NCBI GenBank assembly: GCA_900550165.1
Contig: URQY01000004.1
Span: forward strand, 12,282 to 76,281
Length of the DNA stretch: 64,000 nt
From: an uncultured Eubacteriales bacterium
GTDB taxonomy: Bacteria; Bacillota; Clostridia; Oscillospirales; Oscillospiraceae
Direction of reading: 5' to 3'
In this document: positions 28,615-38,376 of the stretch, in pieces
Position numbering within the stretch: the stretch's first letter is position 1
Layout of the letters: the number at the start of each line of letters is the position of its first letter
Made by a program: the position numbers and the translations under genes
Notes under the pieces: generated by a model
Seen by the model: the letters and a program-made list of their open reading frames with translations, nothing else
What the model was told of the DNA's origin: nothing
The model's database searches: none

Positions 28615-30084
28615 ATGAAAGTACAGCTCATTGGGCATGATGAAAAATACGCGCTGGAGCAGAGCCTGCTGACGCTCTTCCCCGGCGAAAAGCCCGTCTA
28701 CGGCACGGTCGACGAGTCCGTCGACACACGCTGGGCGCGCGTAACGCTCACCGAGGACGGCGAGACCGTGCAGGTGACGACGGAGCTGGGCGTGGACGGC
28801 AAAGCCGCCGCCCACAGCTACAGCTATCCCCTCTCCGGCACGGACTACGAAAAGGAGGGCCAGCGCCGCCACGCCATCGGCATCAGCTTTTTCGGCGCGG
28901 CGAAGGACCTGCTCGGCATCTCCCCCGCGTGGGGGAGCCTGACCGGGGTGCGCCCGGCGAAGGTCGCACTGTCGCTCATCCACGAGGGCGGAAAAGCCCG
29001 CGCGGAGAAGGAATTACAGGAGCTCTACTGCGTCACACCCGCGCGCGCCCGCCTCGCCATCGAAGCGGCGGACGCCGGCATCCGCGCAGCGGCGGAGCTG
29101 GAGCCGAACGACATTTCGCTCTATGTCGGCATCCCCTTCTGCCCGACGAGGTGCGCCTATTGCAGCTTTGTCGCGCAGAGCGTCGAAAAATCGTTCTCGC
29201 TCGTCGAGCCGTATTTAGAGGCGCTTTTCGACGAGATCGCCGCGGCGGGGCAGCTCGTGCGCGAGCTCGGCTTAAACATCAAGTCGTTCTACATGGGCGG
29301 CGGCACGCCGACCACGCTGACGGCCGACCAGATGGACCGCCTCCTCACAAAGCTTGAGCAGAATTTCGACTTCAACGGTCTCGCCGAGCTGACGATCGAA
29401 GCGGGCCGCCCTGACACGATCGATGAAGAAAAGCTGCGCGTGCTGCGCGCGCACAACACCACGCGCGTTTCCATCAACCCCCAGACGATGGAGGACAACG
29501 TCCTCGCGGCCATCGGCCGCCGCCACACGGCGGACGACATCCGCCGCGCGATGGAGCAGGTGCGCGCCGCGGGCTTCCCGCACATCAACATGGACCTCAT
29601 CGCAGGTCTGCCCGAGGACGCGCCCGAGGGCTTTGCAAGGAGTCTCGACGAGGTCATCTCGATGGGCGCGGACAACATCACTGTGCACACGCTGTCGCTC
29701 AAAAAGGGCAGCCGCATCACGCTCGAGGGAAGCCGTATCCCCGGCGCGGAGGAGGTTGCCGAAATGCTGGACTATGCCGACCCGACGCTGCGTAAGAATG
29801 GTTTTGCCCCCTATTACCTCTACCGTCAGAAGTATATGTCCGGCAGCTTTGAAAATGTGGGCTGGACGAAGCCCGGCGGCACGGGACTCTACAACATCTA
29901 CATCATGGAAGAGCTGCACTCCATCCTCTCGCTCGGCGCGGGCGGCTCGACCAAGATGGTCGGCGGCGGGCAGATCCGCCGCGCGTTCAACGCAAAGTAT
30001 CCACGAGAATACATCGACCGGCCGGAAAAGCGCCGCGCGAACCTGATGGACTTCGCCCGCTTTTACGCCGAACAAGGAGAATGA
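28615..30084 (+). CDS. hemZ: Radical-SAM protein HemZ-like
   Basis: WGSLTGVRP, CPTRCAYC, YYLYRQK. Confidence 0.88.
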   Translation: MKVQLIGHDEKYALEQSLLTLFPGEKPVYGTVDESVDTRWARVTLTEDGETVQVTTELGVDGKAAAHSYSYPLSGTDYEKEGQRRHAIGISFFGAAKDLLGISPAWGSLTGVRPAKVALSLIHEGGKARAEKELQELYCVTPARARLAIEAADAGIRAAAELEPNDISLYVGIPFCPTRCAYCSFVAQSVEKSFSLVEPYLEALFDEIAAAGQLVRELGLNIKSFYMGGGTPTTLTADQMDRLLTKLEQNFDFNGLAELTIEAGRPDTIDEEKLRVLRAHNTTRVSINPQTMEDNVLAAIGRRHTADDIRRAMEQVRAAGFPHINMDLIAGLPEDAPEGFARSLDEVISMGADNITVHTLSLKKGSRITLEGSRIPGAEEVAEMLDYADPTLRKNGFAPYYLYRQKYMSGSFENVGWTKPGGTGLYNIYIMEELHSILSLGAGGSTKMVGGGQIRRAFNAKYPREYIDRPEKRRANLMDFARFYAEQGE

Positions 30085-30950
30085 CGATGAGCCAAACTGA
30101 TCATTTTACCGCTGATGCGGTCAGTCCGCACTTCACCTATGCCGATTACTGCGAGAGCGCGGACGCGATCGCCTCTCACCTCGGTTCTTTTCGTCCCGAG
30201 GTGCTGCTGGTGCTCGGCAGCGGTCTCGGCTTTCTCGGCGAGCGGGTCGAAGCGCCCGTCTTTATGAGCTACGCCGATATTCCGCACTTCCACGCCTCCA
30301 CCGCGCCGGGACACGAGGGCCGCTTCGTCTTCGGAACGCTTCGCGGCAAGCGCGTCGCGGTCATGCAGGGCCGGATGCACTGTTACGAGGGCTACACCAT
30401 GGAGGACGCCGCCTACGCCGTCCGCGTCATCCGTCTGCTTGGCGCGAAGACGATGATCGTGACGAACGCCGCGGGCGCTGTGAACACGGACTATCAGGCG
30501 GGCGACCTCATGCTCATCTCCGACCACATCAAGCTCTTCGACTTCGGCCCGCTCTGGGGGCCGAACATCGAGGAATTCGGCACGCGCTTCCCCGATATGT
30601 CCAATGTCTACTCCCCGCGCCTGCGCGCCCTTGCAAAGGACGTCGCGCGCGAGCAGGGGCTTTCGCTGCAGGAGGGCGTCTATATGTACTTCCCCGGCCC
30701 GCAGTTCGAAACGCCCGCCGAGGTGCGCGCCGCGCGCATCCTGGGCGCGGACGCCGTGGGCATGTCCACCGCGCCGGAGGCCATCGCCGCCGCGCACTGC
30801 GGCTATGAGATCCTCGGCGTGACGCTCTGCGCCAATATGGCCGCGGGCGTTCTCCCCCAGCCCCTTTCGGGCGAGGAGGTCAACGAAATGGCGGAGCAGT
30901 CCGCCCCGCATTTCTCCTCTCTCATCCTCGGCTGCCTTGAGCGGCTGTAA
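30081..30950 (+). CDS. punA: Purine-nucleoside phosphorylase
   Basis: LGSGLG, QGRMHCYEG, GPQFETPAE, VGMST. Confidence 0.9.
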   Translation: MTMSQTDHFTADAVSPHFTYADYCESADAIASHLGSFRPEVLLVLGSGLGFLGERVEAPVFMSYADIPHFHASTAPGHEGRFVFGTLRGKRVAVMQGRMHCYEGYTMEDAAYAVRVIRLLGAKTMIVTNAAGAVNTDYQAGDLMLISDHIKLFDFGPLWGPNIEEFGTRFPDMSNVYSPRLRALAKDVAREQGLSLQEGVYMYFPGPQFETPAEVRAARILGADAVGMSTAPEAIAAAHCGYEILGVTLCANMAAGVLPQPLSGEEVNEMAEQSAPHFSSLILGCLERL

Positions 30951-30988
30951 GGCTTCGCAACTCTTTGGAACAAAAGGTCGTATTTTCT

Positions 30989-32596
30989 ATGGCTACCGAA
31001 AAAAAGCAATCCTTCCTTGGCGGCGCAGCGGTGCTGGCATTCGGCATCATGGCCGTCAAGGTCATCGGCGCGGTGTTTAAGATTCCGCTGCGCAACATTC
31101 TCGGCGAGGGCGGAAGCGCAGACTTTTCCAACGCCTACAACATCTACGCGACAATGCTGACCATCTCGACCGCGGGTCTCCCCGTCGCGCTCTCCAAACT
31201 TGTGAGCGAGGCCTACGCGCGCGGCCGCACGCGGCAGGCGCAGCGCACCTTCAACCTCTCTCTGACCGTTTTTCTGGTGTTGGGGCTCGTCTCGTTCTCG
31301 CTGATGTGGTGGGGCAACGACTATCTTGCCTCCCTTCTCAATAACCCCCGCGCGGCCTACGGCATCCGTGCGCTCGCGCCCGCGGTAGTGTGCGTCGGGT
31401 GTCTCTCCGCCTTCCGCGGCTACGCGCAGGGGCGCCAGTATATGACGCCCACGGCCGTCTCGCAGATCCTGGAGGCGCTGTGCAAGCTCGTCTTCGGTCT
31501 TGCGCTGTCGATGTGGCTCTTAAAGATCGGCCAGCCGGATTACATCGCCGCGGCGGGCGCCATCGGCGGCGTGACCATCGGCACCATCCTCTCGCTGGTC
31601 TACATGGCCCTCAACTACGTGCGCCACCGTCCCGCCCTGCAAAGCGGCGAGCGCTGCGCCGCGAGCCGCTCCATCGCGCGCCGCCTGCTGGCGCTGGCCA
31701 TCCCTATCACCATCGCCTCGTCGATGGTGTCCATCATCACGCTGATCGACACCTCGCTCGTGCAGGGCCAGCTCCAGAACGCGCTGGGCTACACGCTGGA
31801 TGAGACCCGCGCGCTCTACGGCAACTACTCCGCCTGCATGGACCTCTACAACCTGCCCTCCTCGCTGATGGTCGCGCTCACGGCCTCGGTCATCCCCGCC
31901 GTCTCCGCCTCCATCACACAGCACAACGAGCGGCAGACCGCGCGCATCGTGCGCTCGTCCTTCCGCGTGACGGCGCTGCTGGCCTTCCCGATGGGCCTTG
32001 GCCTGTGGTCGCTCAGCGGCCCCATCTTCCGCCTGTTCTACCCCCGCTACGACGGGGGGCTCGGCGGGCAGCTGCTGTCGGTGCTCGGCATCGCAAGCAT
32101 CTTCGTCTGCCTGATGCTCATTACAAACTCCATTTTGCAGTCCTACGGGCGGGTGAACATCCCCATCGTCACAATGCTCATCGGCGGCGTTGTGAAGATC
32201 GTGCTCAACTACAACCTCACAGCCGTTCCGGACATCAATATCCACGGCGCGCCCATCGGCACGCTGGTGTGCTTTTCGCTCACGGCCATTCTCAACCTCA
32301 TCGCCGTGTCGCGCGTGGCGTCCTTCCGCCTGAACTACCCCGGCTACTTCCTGCGCCCGCTGCTCGCCTCCCTTGTGATGGCCCTTTCCGCGCGCGGCGT
32401 GTACGCGCTCTGCGCGCACTTCCTGCTCACCGAGGAGAGCGGCCGGATGATGATGCTTCTGTGCGTGGGCGCGGCGATCGCGGTGGCGGTCATCGTATAT
32501 GCCGCGCTTGTCCTTGCCCTGCGCATCGTCACGCGCGACGATCTTGCGCTGCTGCCCAAGGGTGAAAAGCTCGCCCGCATCCTCCGCGTACGTTAA
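30989..32596 (+). CDS. MOP-superfamily flippase (YabM/SpoVB/MurJ-like)
   Basis: About 14 TM segments, STAGLPVALSK; position before mazG matches yabM. Confidence 0.85.
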   Translation: MATEKKQSFLGGAAVLAFGIMAVKVIGAVFKIPLRNILGEGGSADFSNAYNIYATMLTISTAGLPVALSKLVSEAYARGRTRQAQRTFNLSLTVFLVLGLVSFSLMWWGNDYLASLLNNPRAAYGIRALAPAVVCVGCLSAFRGYAQGRQYMTPTAVSQILEALCKLVFGLALSMWLLKIGQPDYIAAAGAIGGVTIGTILSLVYMALNYVRHRPALQSGERCAASRSIARRLLALAIPITIASSMVSIITLIDTSLVQGQLQNALGYTLDETRALYGNYSACMDLYNLPSSLMVALTASVIPAVSASITQHNERQTARIVRSSFRVTALLAFPMGLGLWSLSGPIFRLFYPRYDGGLGGQLLSVLGIASIFVCLMLITNSILQSYGRVNIPIVTMLIGGVVKIVLNYNLTAVPDINIHGAPIGTLVCFSLTAILNLIAVSRVASFRLNYPGYFLRPLLASLVMALSARGVYALCAHFLLTEESGRMMMLLCVGAAIAVAVIVYAALVLALRIVTRDDLALLPKGEKLARILRVR

Positions 32597-32652
32597 AAAC
32601 CCCTGAAAAATCAGGGAAATTCCGAGAAACTCCTTGCAATGAGAGGGAATGT

Positions 32653-33444
32653 ATGGTAAATTATCCTGAGAAAGAAACCTACACCTACGAGGACCTTGTT
32701 CACATCCTGCGCATTCTGCGCGCACCGGGCGGCTGCCCGTGGGACCGTGAGCAGACGCATGAAAGCAACCGCCGCAACTTTCTGGAGGAGGCCTACGAAG
32801 CCGCCGAAGCCTTCGATCTTGACGATCCGGAGCTGATGAAGGAAGAGCTCGGCGACGTGCTGATGCAGGTCCTCTTCAACATCCACATGGAAGAGGACGC
32901 CGGACGCTTTACGACAGACGACGTGACCGACCATGTGGTGCGCAAGCTCATCTTCCGCCACCCGCACGTGTTTTCCAACACGCAGGCGGACAACAGCGAG
33001 CAGGTGCTCGTCAACTGGGACAAGCTCAAGCGGCAGGAAAAGGGGCAGCGCACCACGGCCGACGCGATGGATTCCGTCGCCCGCTCTCTCCCCGCCCTCT
33101 GGCGGGCGGACAAGCTCCAGAGCAAGGCGGCCAAGGCAGGCTTCGAGTTCGCCGACGTATCCGGTGCGCTCGACAAGCTCGACGAGGAAACGCGCGAGCT
33201 GCGCGCCGCCGTCGAGACCGGCACGAATTTTGAAGAAGAGCTCGGCGACGTGCTCTTTGCCGCCGTCAAGGTCGGCCGCTTCTGCGGCGTCGACCCCGAG
33301 GCCGCGCTCACGAAGACCTGTGAAAAATTCATCACCCGCTTCCGCAGGGTGGAGGAAGCTGTCACCGCGCGCGGACAGGAGATGGACGAAGTCCCGCTCG
33401 ACGAGCTGACGGCGCTGTGGAACGCCGCCAAACGACCCCAATGA
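32653..33444 (+). CDS. mazG: Nucleoside triphosphate pyrophosphohydrolase MazG
   Basis: LRAPGGCPWDREQT, EEAYE, EELGDVL, RHPHVF. Confidence 0.92.
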   Translation: MVNYPEKETYTYEDLVHILRILRAPGGCPWDREQTHESNRRNFLEEAYEAAEAFDLDDPELMKEELGDVLMQVLFNIHMEEDAGRFTTDDVTDHVVRKLIFRHPHVFSNTQADNSEQVLVNWDKLKRQEKGQRTTADAMDSVARSLPALWRADKLQSKAAKAGFEFADVSGALDKLDEETRELRAAVETGTNFEEELGDVLFAAVKVGRFCGVDPEAALTKTCEKFITRFRRVEEAVTARGQEMDEVPLDELTALWNAAKRPQ

Positions 33445-33520
33445 TCAAGGGCGTCAGCCGCCTTTTGTCATATATCCCCGGAAGACCCCATTCCGGATCA
33501 ACAATCAGGAGGATCAAACG

Positions 33521-33796
33521 ATGAACAAGACTGAACTCATTGCTGCCGTTGCAGAAAAAGCAAGCATTTCCAAGAAGGAGTCCGAGGTCGTTATCAACGC
33601 TGCCCTCGATACCATTATCGACTCCCTGAAGAACGACGAAAAGGTCCAGCTCGTCGGCTTCGGTTCTTTCGAGACCAAGCATCGCGCAGAGCGCACCGGC
33701 CGCAACCCCAAGACCAAGGAGAGCATCACCATCGCCGCCTCCAAGGTCCCGACCTTCAAGGCTGGCAAGGCCTTCAAGGACGCTGTTGCGGAGTAA
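33521..33796 (+). CDS. hup: DNA-binding protein HU
   Basis: MNKTELI, GFGSF, GRNPKT. Confidence 0.96.
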   Translation: MNKTELIAAVAEKASISKKESEVVINAALDTIIDSLKNDEKVQLVGFGSFETKHRAERTGRNPKTKESITIAASKVPTFKAGKAFKDAVAE

Positions 33797-33882
33797 GCTC
33801 CCCAAGCGGACAAGCCTTTTTTAGCATAGGCGGCGGCGCGATGCGCCGCCGCTTCCTTCTTTGCAGAGAAAGGAGACAACCC

Positions 33883-34134
33883 ATGCGGCTTGACAAATAT
33901 CTGAAGGTCTCACGCCTGATCAAGCGCCGCACCGTGGCTAACGAGGCCTGCGACGGCGGCCGCGTGACGGTCAACGGCAAGGTCGCCCGCGCGTCGTACG
34001 ACGTAAAGGTCGGCGACGTGATCGCGCTGCACTTCGGCGAGCGCACACTCGCCGTCGAGGTGCTGAACGTATCCGAGACCGCCGGCAAGAGCGAGGCCTC
34101 GCTTCTCTACCGCGAGGTGAGCGCGCAGGACTGA
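33883..34134 (+). CDS. yabO: S4-domain RNA-binding protein (YabO/RqcP)
   Basis: MRLDKYLKVSRLIKRRTVANEAC. Confidence 0.9.
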   Translation: MRLDKYLKVSRLIKRRTVANEACDGGRVTVNGKVARASYDVKVGDVIALHFGERTLAVEVLNVSETAGKSEASLLYREVSAQD

Positions 34135-34223
34135 GGCGTACTATTCCGGACGCGCCCTTCATACACTGTGGTATGGAGGGCGCGTCTTTTTTTGCGCCCC
34201 AAAGCGAAAGGACGGGTTTGGCT

Positions 34224-34505
34224 ATGACATATGATCTTTCCCCCGCTTCTCCCCAGCGCATCGAGCTGAGCGGCCGCGAGCACCTGAGCGTCTCGGGCGT
34301 GGAGGACGTTGACCGCTTTGACGAAAATGAGATCGTGATGAACACGAACGAAGGCGTGCTCGTCGTCACGGGCGAAAATCTCCACATCGGCAAGCTCAGT
34401 CTCGACGGCGGTGAGCTGCACGTGGACGGGCGCATCGACGCGATCTCCTTTGAGGACGCGCCCGCGTCACGCGGTGGCTTTCTCTCGCGTCTGCTCGGGG
34501 GCTGA
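34224..34505 (+). CDS. yabP: Sporulation protein YabP
   Basis: GVEDVDRFDENEI, GENLHIGKL; synteny. Confidence 0.88.
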   Translation: MTYDLSPASPQRIELSGREHLSVSGVEDVDRFDENEIVMNTNEGVLVVTGENLHIGKLSLDGGELHVDGRIDAISFEDAPASRGGFLSRLLGG

Positions 34506-34508
34506 GAG

Positions 34509-35225
34509 ATGGGCTTTACGCTCACGGCGCAGGCAGAGGGCTTTGCCGCCTCCCTGCTGCTCGGCTTTTCCCTCGCGCTGCTCTACGATCTGCTGCGCGC
34601 CGTGCGCCTGCGGCGGCGCGAGCGCGCGCTCCTCACGGGCGCGCTCGACGCGCTGTACTGCGTCATCTTTGCGCTGCTCGTCTTCCTCTTTTCGATGCGC
34701 GTCGGCGGGGGCGAGCTGCGGCTCTACATGATCCTTGCGGCGCTGCTCGGCGCGCTTTTTTACTTTTCTCTCTGCGCGCGGCTCCTTCGCCCGCTGTGGG
34801 ACCTTTGGGCGGGCGTGCTCTTCTCGCTGCTCGCGGTCGTATCCCTCCCGCTGCGCACGGCGGGACGGGCTTATGGTAAACTTGCCAAACTTTGCAAAAG
34901 ATACTTTCTTTTTTCCAGAAAGCGGCTTATAATAAAAGCGTATGAGCGCAGCGCCCTGCGCTCATGCCGCCGCAAGCGGAAAAAAGGAGGGGAACAGCAT
35001 GGCGGGAGAGACGAAAGCAGCAAAGAAGCCAAAAAAGCGCACGAGCCTTCTCACGATGCTCGTCATCGCGGTCCTGATCGTCCTTGTGGGGATGCAGCTC
35101 ATTCACCTGCGCAGCCAGATCGAGGATGCGCAGAGCCAGCTCACAGCGCTGCAAAGCGATCTCGACGCTGCCAAGCAGGAGAACGACTCGCTCTCCTCCG
35201 CGCTCGAAAAGGCCGACGATCCTGA
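34509..35225 (+). CDS. yabQ: Spore cortex protein YabQ (frame extends into divIC)
   Basis: LLYDLLR, GGELRLY; synteny; 3' end uncertain. Confidence 0.75.
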   Translation: MGFTLTAQAEGFAASLLLGFSLALLYDLLRAVRLRRRERALLTGALDALYCVIFALLVFLFSMRVGGGELRLYMILAALLGALFYFSLCARLLRPLWDLWAGVLFSLLAVVSLPLRTAGRAYGKLAKLCKRYFLFSRKRLIIKAYERSALRSCRRKRKKGGEQHGGRDESSKEAKKAHEPSHDARHRGPDRPCGDAAHSPAQPDRGCAEPAHSAAKRSRRCQAGERLALLRARKGRRS

Positions 35226-35304
35226 ATTTTTGCAGGAGCTGGCGCGCGATCAGCTCGGCTACGTGACGCCGGGCGAAAAGTCGTTCTACGACGTGAGCAA
35301 CTGA
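34999..35304 (+). CDS. divIC: Septum formation initiator (DivIC/FtsB family)
   Basis: TM plus coiled coil, ELARDQLGYVTPGE; RBS AAGGAGG. Confidence 0.85.
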   Translation: MAGETKAAKKPKKRTSLLTMLVIAVLIVLVGMQLIHLRSQIEDAQSQLTALQSDLDAAKQENDSLSSALEKADDPEFLQELARDQLGYVTPGEKSFYDVSN

Positions 35305-35653
35305 ACGTACCGCAGCTTGAAGCGCCCCTTTCGGGGCGCTTTTTTCGCGCAAAAAAAGGAGCCGCCGCCGCGCTGGACGCGGCCGCGGCCCAAACGGGTG
35401 GGATATTGGAAAGCTTCCGATGCTTATGATACAAGCTGTGCGGACAAACGTCAATGGGAGCTTTTGTCGCATCGGCGCGCCCCGCGTCGAGATCGGTCGA
35501 GCGCCTCGCATTTTGCCCTTTTGCACAAGATATCACATTTAACACTTCATTCATTTGATATTTCTGTTCATGCGTGCTATAATGCAGAAAAGAGAGGAGA
35601 AGCGTTTCCGAATGTTTCTCTTCCCTTCCTCACCAATGAAAGGAGCCAACATC

Positions 35654-36205
35654 ATGAAATTCACCTATACCTGCAAGAAAGTCTCCCTGAACGATTCCGT
35701 CAAGGCCTATGCCGAGAAGAAGGTCGGCAAGCTGGAAAAGTTTTTCAAGGAGGAGCCCGAGGCTTCTGTCACCTTCTCCGTTGAGAAGAAAAACCGCTGT
35801 GTCGCCGAGATCATGCTGCGCGGCGCGGGCGGTACGCTGTTCCGCGCGGTGTGTGAGGACCCGGACGGCGATATGCGCGGCGCCATCGACGAGGCCACGG
35901 CCCAGATCGAGCGCAAGATCCGCAAGAACAAGACCCGCCTTGCCAAGAACCTGCGCGCCGAGGCCGTGCTGCCGGAGCTGCCCGAGGAGTTCGAGGCCCA
36001 CGAGGAGGGCGAGTTCGACATTGTGCGCACCAAGCGCTTCACCGTCAAGCCCATGAGCGTGGAGGAGGCCATTTTGCAGATGAATCTGCTCGGCCACAGC
36101 TTTTTCGTCTTCCGCAACACCGACTTTGCCGACGCGATCTGCGTCGTTTACCGCCGCAACAACGGCGGCTACGGCCTCATCGAGACCGAGGATGACGAGG
36201 AATAA
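35654..36205 (+). CDS. hpf: Ribosome hibernation promoting factor (long HPF)
   Basis: IERKIRKNKTRL, KPMSVEEAILQMNLLGHSFFVF. Confidence 0.92.
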   Translation: MKFTYTCKKVSLNDSVKAYAEKKVGKLEKFFKEEPEASVTFSVEKKNRCVAEIMLRGAGGTLFRAVCEDPDGDMRGAIDEATAQIERKIRKNKTRLAKNLRAEAVLPELPEEFEAHEEGEFDIVRTKRFTVKPMSVEEAILQMNLLGHSFFVFRNTDFADAICVVYRRNNGGYGLIETEDDEE

Positions 36206-36309
36206 GGCGATCATAAACAGATAAGGGGCCGAGCCGATGCTCGGCCCCTTTTTTTGCGCACTTCCCTGTGATATACTGACTTTGTACTTTTGGGAAGAGG
36301 AGAAGCCCT

Positions 36310-37509
36310 ATGAACACTTTTTTCTGCCGCGCATTTCAGTGCTGCTTCGCCGTCGGCGCACGCTTGCTGCCCTGGCGCAGGCCGAGGGTATACGCGGGGC
36401 CCGGGAGCCTGCTGCGCGCGGCGGATATTCTGCGCGAAAATGGCCTGCGCCGCCCGTTCGTCGTCGCGAGCCGCCGTCAGTGCGCGGACGAGCACTTCCG
36501 CGCCCTGCAGGAGGCGCTGGACGAGCAGGATATCCTGCTCTCCGTTTTCTCCTCGGTCGAGCCAAACCCGTCGGTCGAAACGGTCGAGAAGATCGCCGCG
36601 CAGTACAAGTTCGACCGCTGCGACTGCTTCCTCGTCATCGGCGGCGGCTCGCCGATGGATGCAGCCAAGGCTGCCGCGGCGCGCCTTGCGCGTCCGGAAA
36701 GCTCCCTTTCCCGGCTCGCAGGACTTCTGAAGGTCCGCCGCCGCGTCCCGCCGCTCATCGCCGTGCCCACCACGGCGGGCACGGGGTCGGAAACGACGAT
36801 CGCCGCCGTCATCACCGGCAGCGACCATCATAAATACGCCGTCTCCGATCTCTGTCTCATCCCGCGCTATGCCATTCTGGACCCCACGCTGTCCGTCGGC
36901 CTTCCCCCGCACATCACAGCAGAGACCGGCATGGACGCGCTGACGCACGCGGTCGAGGCATACCTGAGCCGTTTTTACAACACCGGCATGACCCGCGCGC
37001 TCGCGGAGAGCGCGGTCGTGACCATTTTCGCGCACCTCGAGCGCGCGTACCGCGACGGCGCATTGCTCGAAGACCGCGCGGCGATGCTTCAGGCGTCATT
37101 CGACGCCGGCGCAGCCTTCACGCGCGCAAGCGTCGGCAACGTGCACGCCATTGCGCACACGCTCGGCGGGCTCTACGGCACGCCGCACGGCCTTGCCAAC
37201 GCCGTGCTGCTGCCCCTCGTGCTCGAGGATTACGGCGCGGCGGCCTATTCCCGCCTTGCGCGCCTTGCCGGGCTCGTCGGTCTTCCCGGTGAAACGAAGG
37301 AGGCGCGCGCAAAGGCGTTCATCGCCGAGATCCGCGCGATGAACGCCCGCATGGGGATCCCCGACCATTTCGACACCATCCGCGAGGAGGACATCCCCAT
37401 TATGTCCAAATGGGCTTCTCAGGAGGCCAATCCTGTTTACCCCGTGCCGGTCATCTACGATGAGGCGCGCTTTGCGCGCGTCATCGAGCGGGCGCGGCGC
37501 AGTCGATAA
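36310..37509 (+). CDS. Iron-containing alcohol dehydrogenase
   Basis: GGGSPMD, PTTAGTGSE, DALTHAVE, HAIAH…HG. Confidence 0.9.
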   Translation: MNTFFCRAFQCCFAVGARLLPWRRPRVYAGPGSLLRAADILRENGLRRPFVVASRRQCADEHFRALQEALDEQDILLSVFSSVEPNPSVETVEKIAAQYKFDRCDCFLVIGGGSPMDAAKAAAARLARPESSLSRLAGLLKVRRRVPPLIAVPTTAGTGSETTIAAVITGSDHHKYAVSDLCLIPRYAILDPTLSVGLPPHITAETGMDALTHAVEAYLSRFYNTGMTRALAESAVVTIFAHLERAYRDGALLEDRAAMLQASFDAGAAFTRASVGNVHAIAHTLGGLYGTPHGLANAVLLPLVLEDYGAAAYSRLARLAGLVGLPGETKEARAKAFIAEIRAMNARMGIPDHFDTIREEDIPIMSKWASQEANPVYPVPVIYDEARFARVIERARRSR

Positions 37510-37590
37510 CCTTGGCGAGCTCTTAACTATGCCTGCCCGCCGCCGTCTGCTATAATAATGCTGCAATCCTAAAGGATCGGACGGTTTTTT

Positions 37591-38214
37591 ATGATCGGAG
37601 TTTACGACTACACCGTGATCGCGACCTACCTCTCGCTGCTGCTGGGGCTCGCCGGCCTCTATTCCGCCGCGCAGAGCGAGCCGCTCGACGCCATGCTGTG
37701 CCTGATGCTCGCCGGGCTGCTCGATGCGTTCGACGGGCGCATCGCCCGCACGAAAAAGGGCCGCACCGATGCAGAAAAGCGCTTCGGCATCCAGATCGAC
37801 TCGCTCAACGACCTTGTCTGCTTCGGCGTGCTGCCCGCCGCCATCGGCTGGAGCACCGGCTGCCAAAGGCTATGGTTTCTTGCCACGATGTCGTTTTTCA
37901 CGCTCTGCGCCCTCATCCGCCTCGCCTACTTCAACGTGACGGAGGAGGAGCGGCAGGATAAAACCGCCGAAAACCGCTCTTGCTATCTCGGCGTGCCGGT
38001 CACGGCGAGCGCCGTTCTCGCGCCGCTTTTTTACCTGCTCCCGCAGTATTTCGACCGGAGCTGCGCCGTCATTTACGCGCTGGGCCTTTTTCTGCTCGGC
38101 GTGCTGTACATCACCCCCCTCCGCGTCAAAAAGCCGCATCTCGGCGGCGTGGCGCTCTTATCCGTGCTGGGGCTTGGCGAACTGATCGCCCTGCTCCGCG
38201 TGCTGACACGATGA
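37591..38214 (+). CDS. CDP-alcohol phosphatidyltransferase (PssA-like)
   Basis: DAFDGRIAR…GIQIDSLND. Confidence 0.88.
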   Translation: MIGVYDYTVIATYLSLLLGLAGLYSAAQSEPLDAMLCLMLAGLLDAFDGRIARTKKGRTDAEKRFGIQIDSLNDLVCFGVLPAAIGWSTGCQRLWFLATMSFFTLCALIRLAYFNVTEEERQDKTAENRSCYLGVPVTASAVLAPLFYLLPQYFDRSCAVIYALGLFLLGVLYITPLRVKKPHLGGVALLSVLGLGELIALLRVLTR

Positions 38215-38376
38215 TTCTCTTCCCTCTCTCCCCTTTGGGCCGCCCGGAGGCTGCTGTCCTCCGGGCGGTTTTTTATGCGTTTGTTTGCGCGGCCGCAATT
38301 GACGGCGCGCGCCGTGCGTGCTATGATGGACGGCATCCATCCTTTGCAGCTACCGTCTTGATCGAGAGGAATCCTT

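Noticed and set aside
32653..33444. MazG as an anti-phage or abortive-infection gene
   Set aside because: It lies in the conserved housekeeping yabM-mazG-hup-yabOPQ-divIC synteny with host-like codon use
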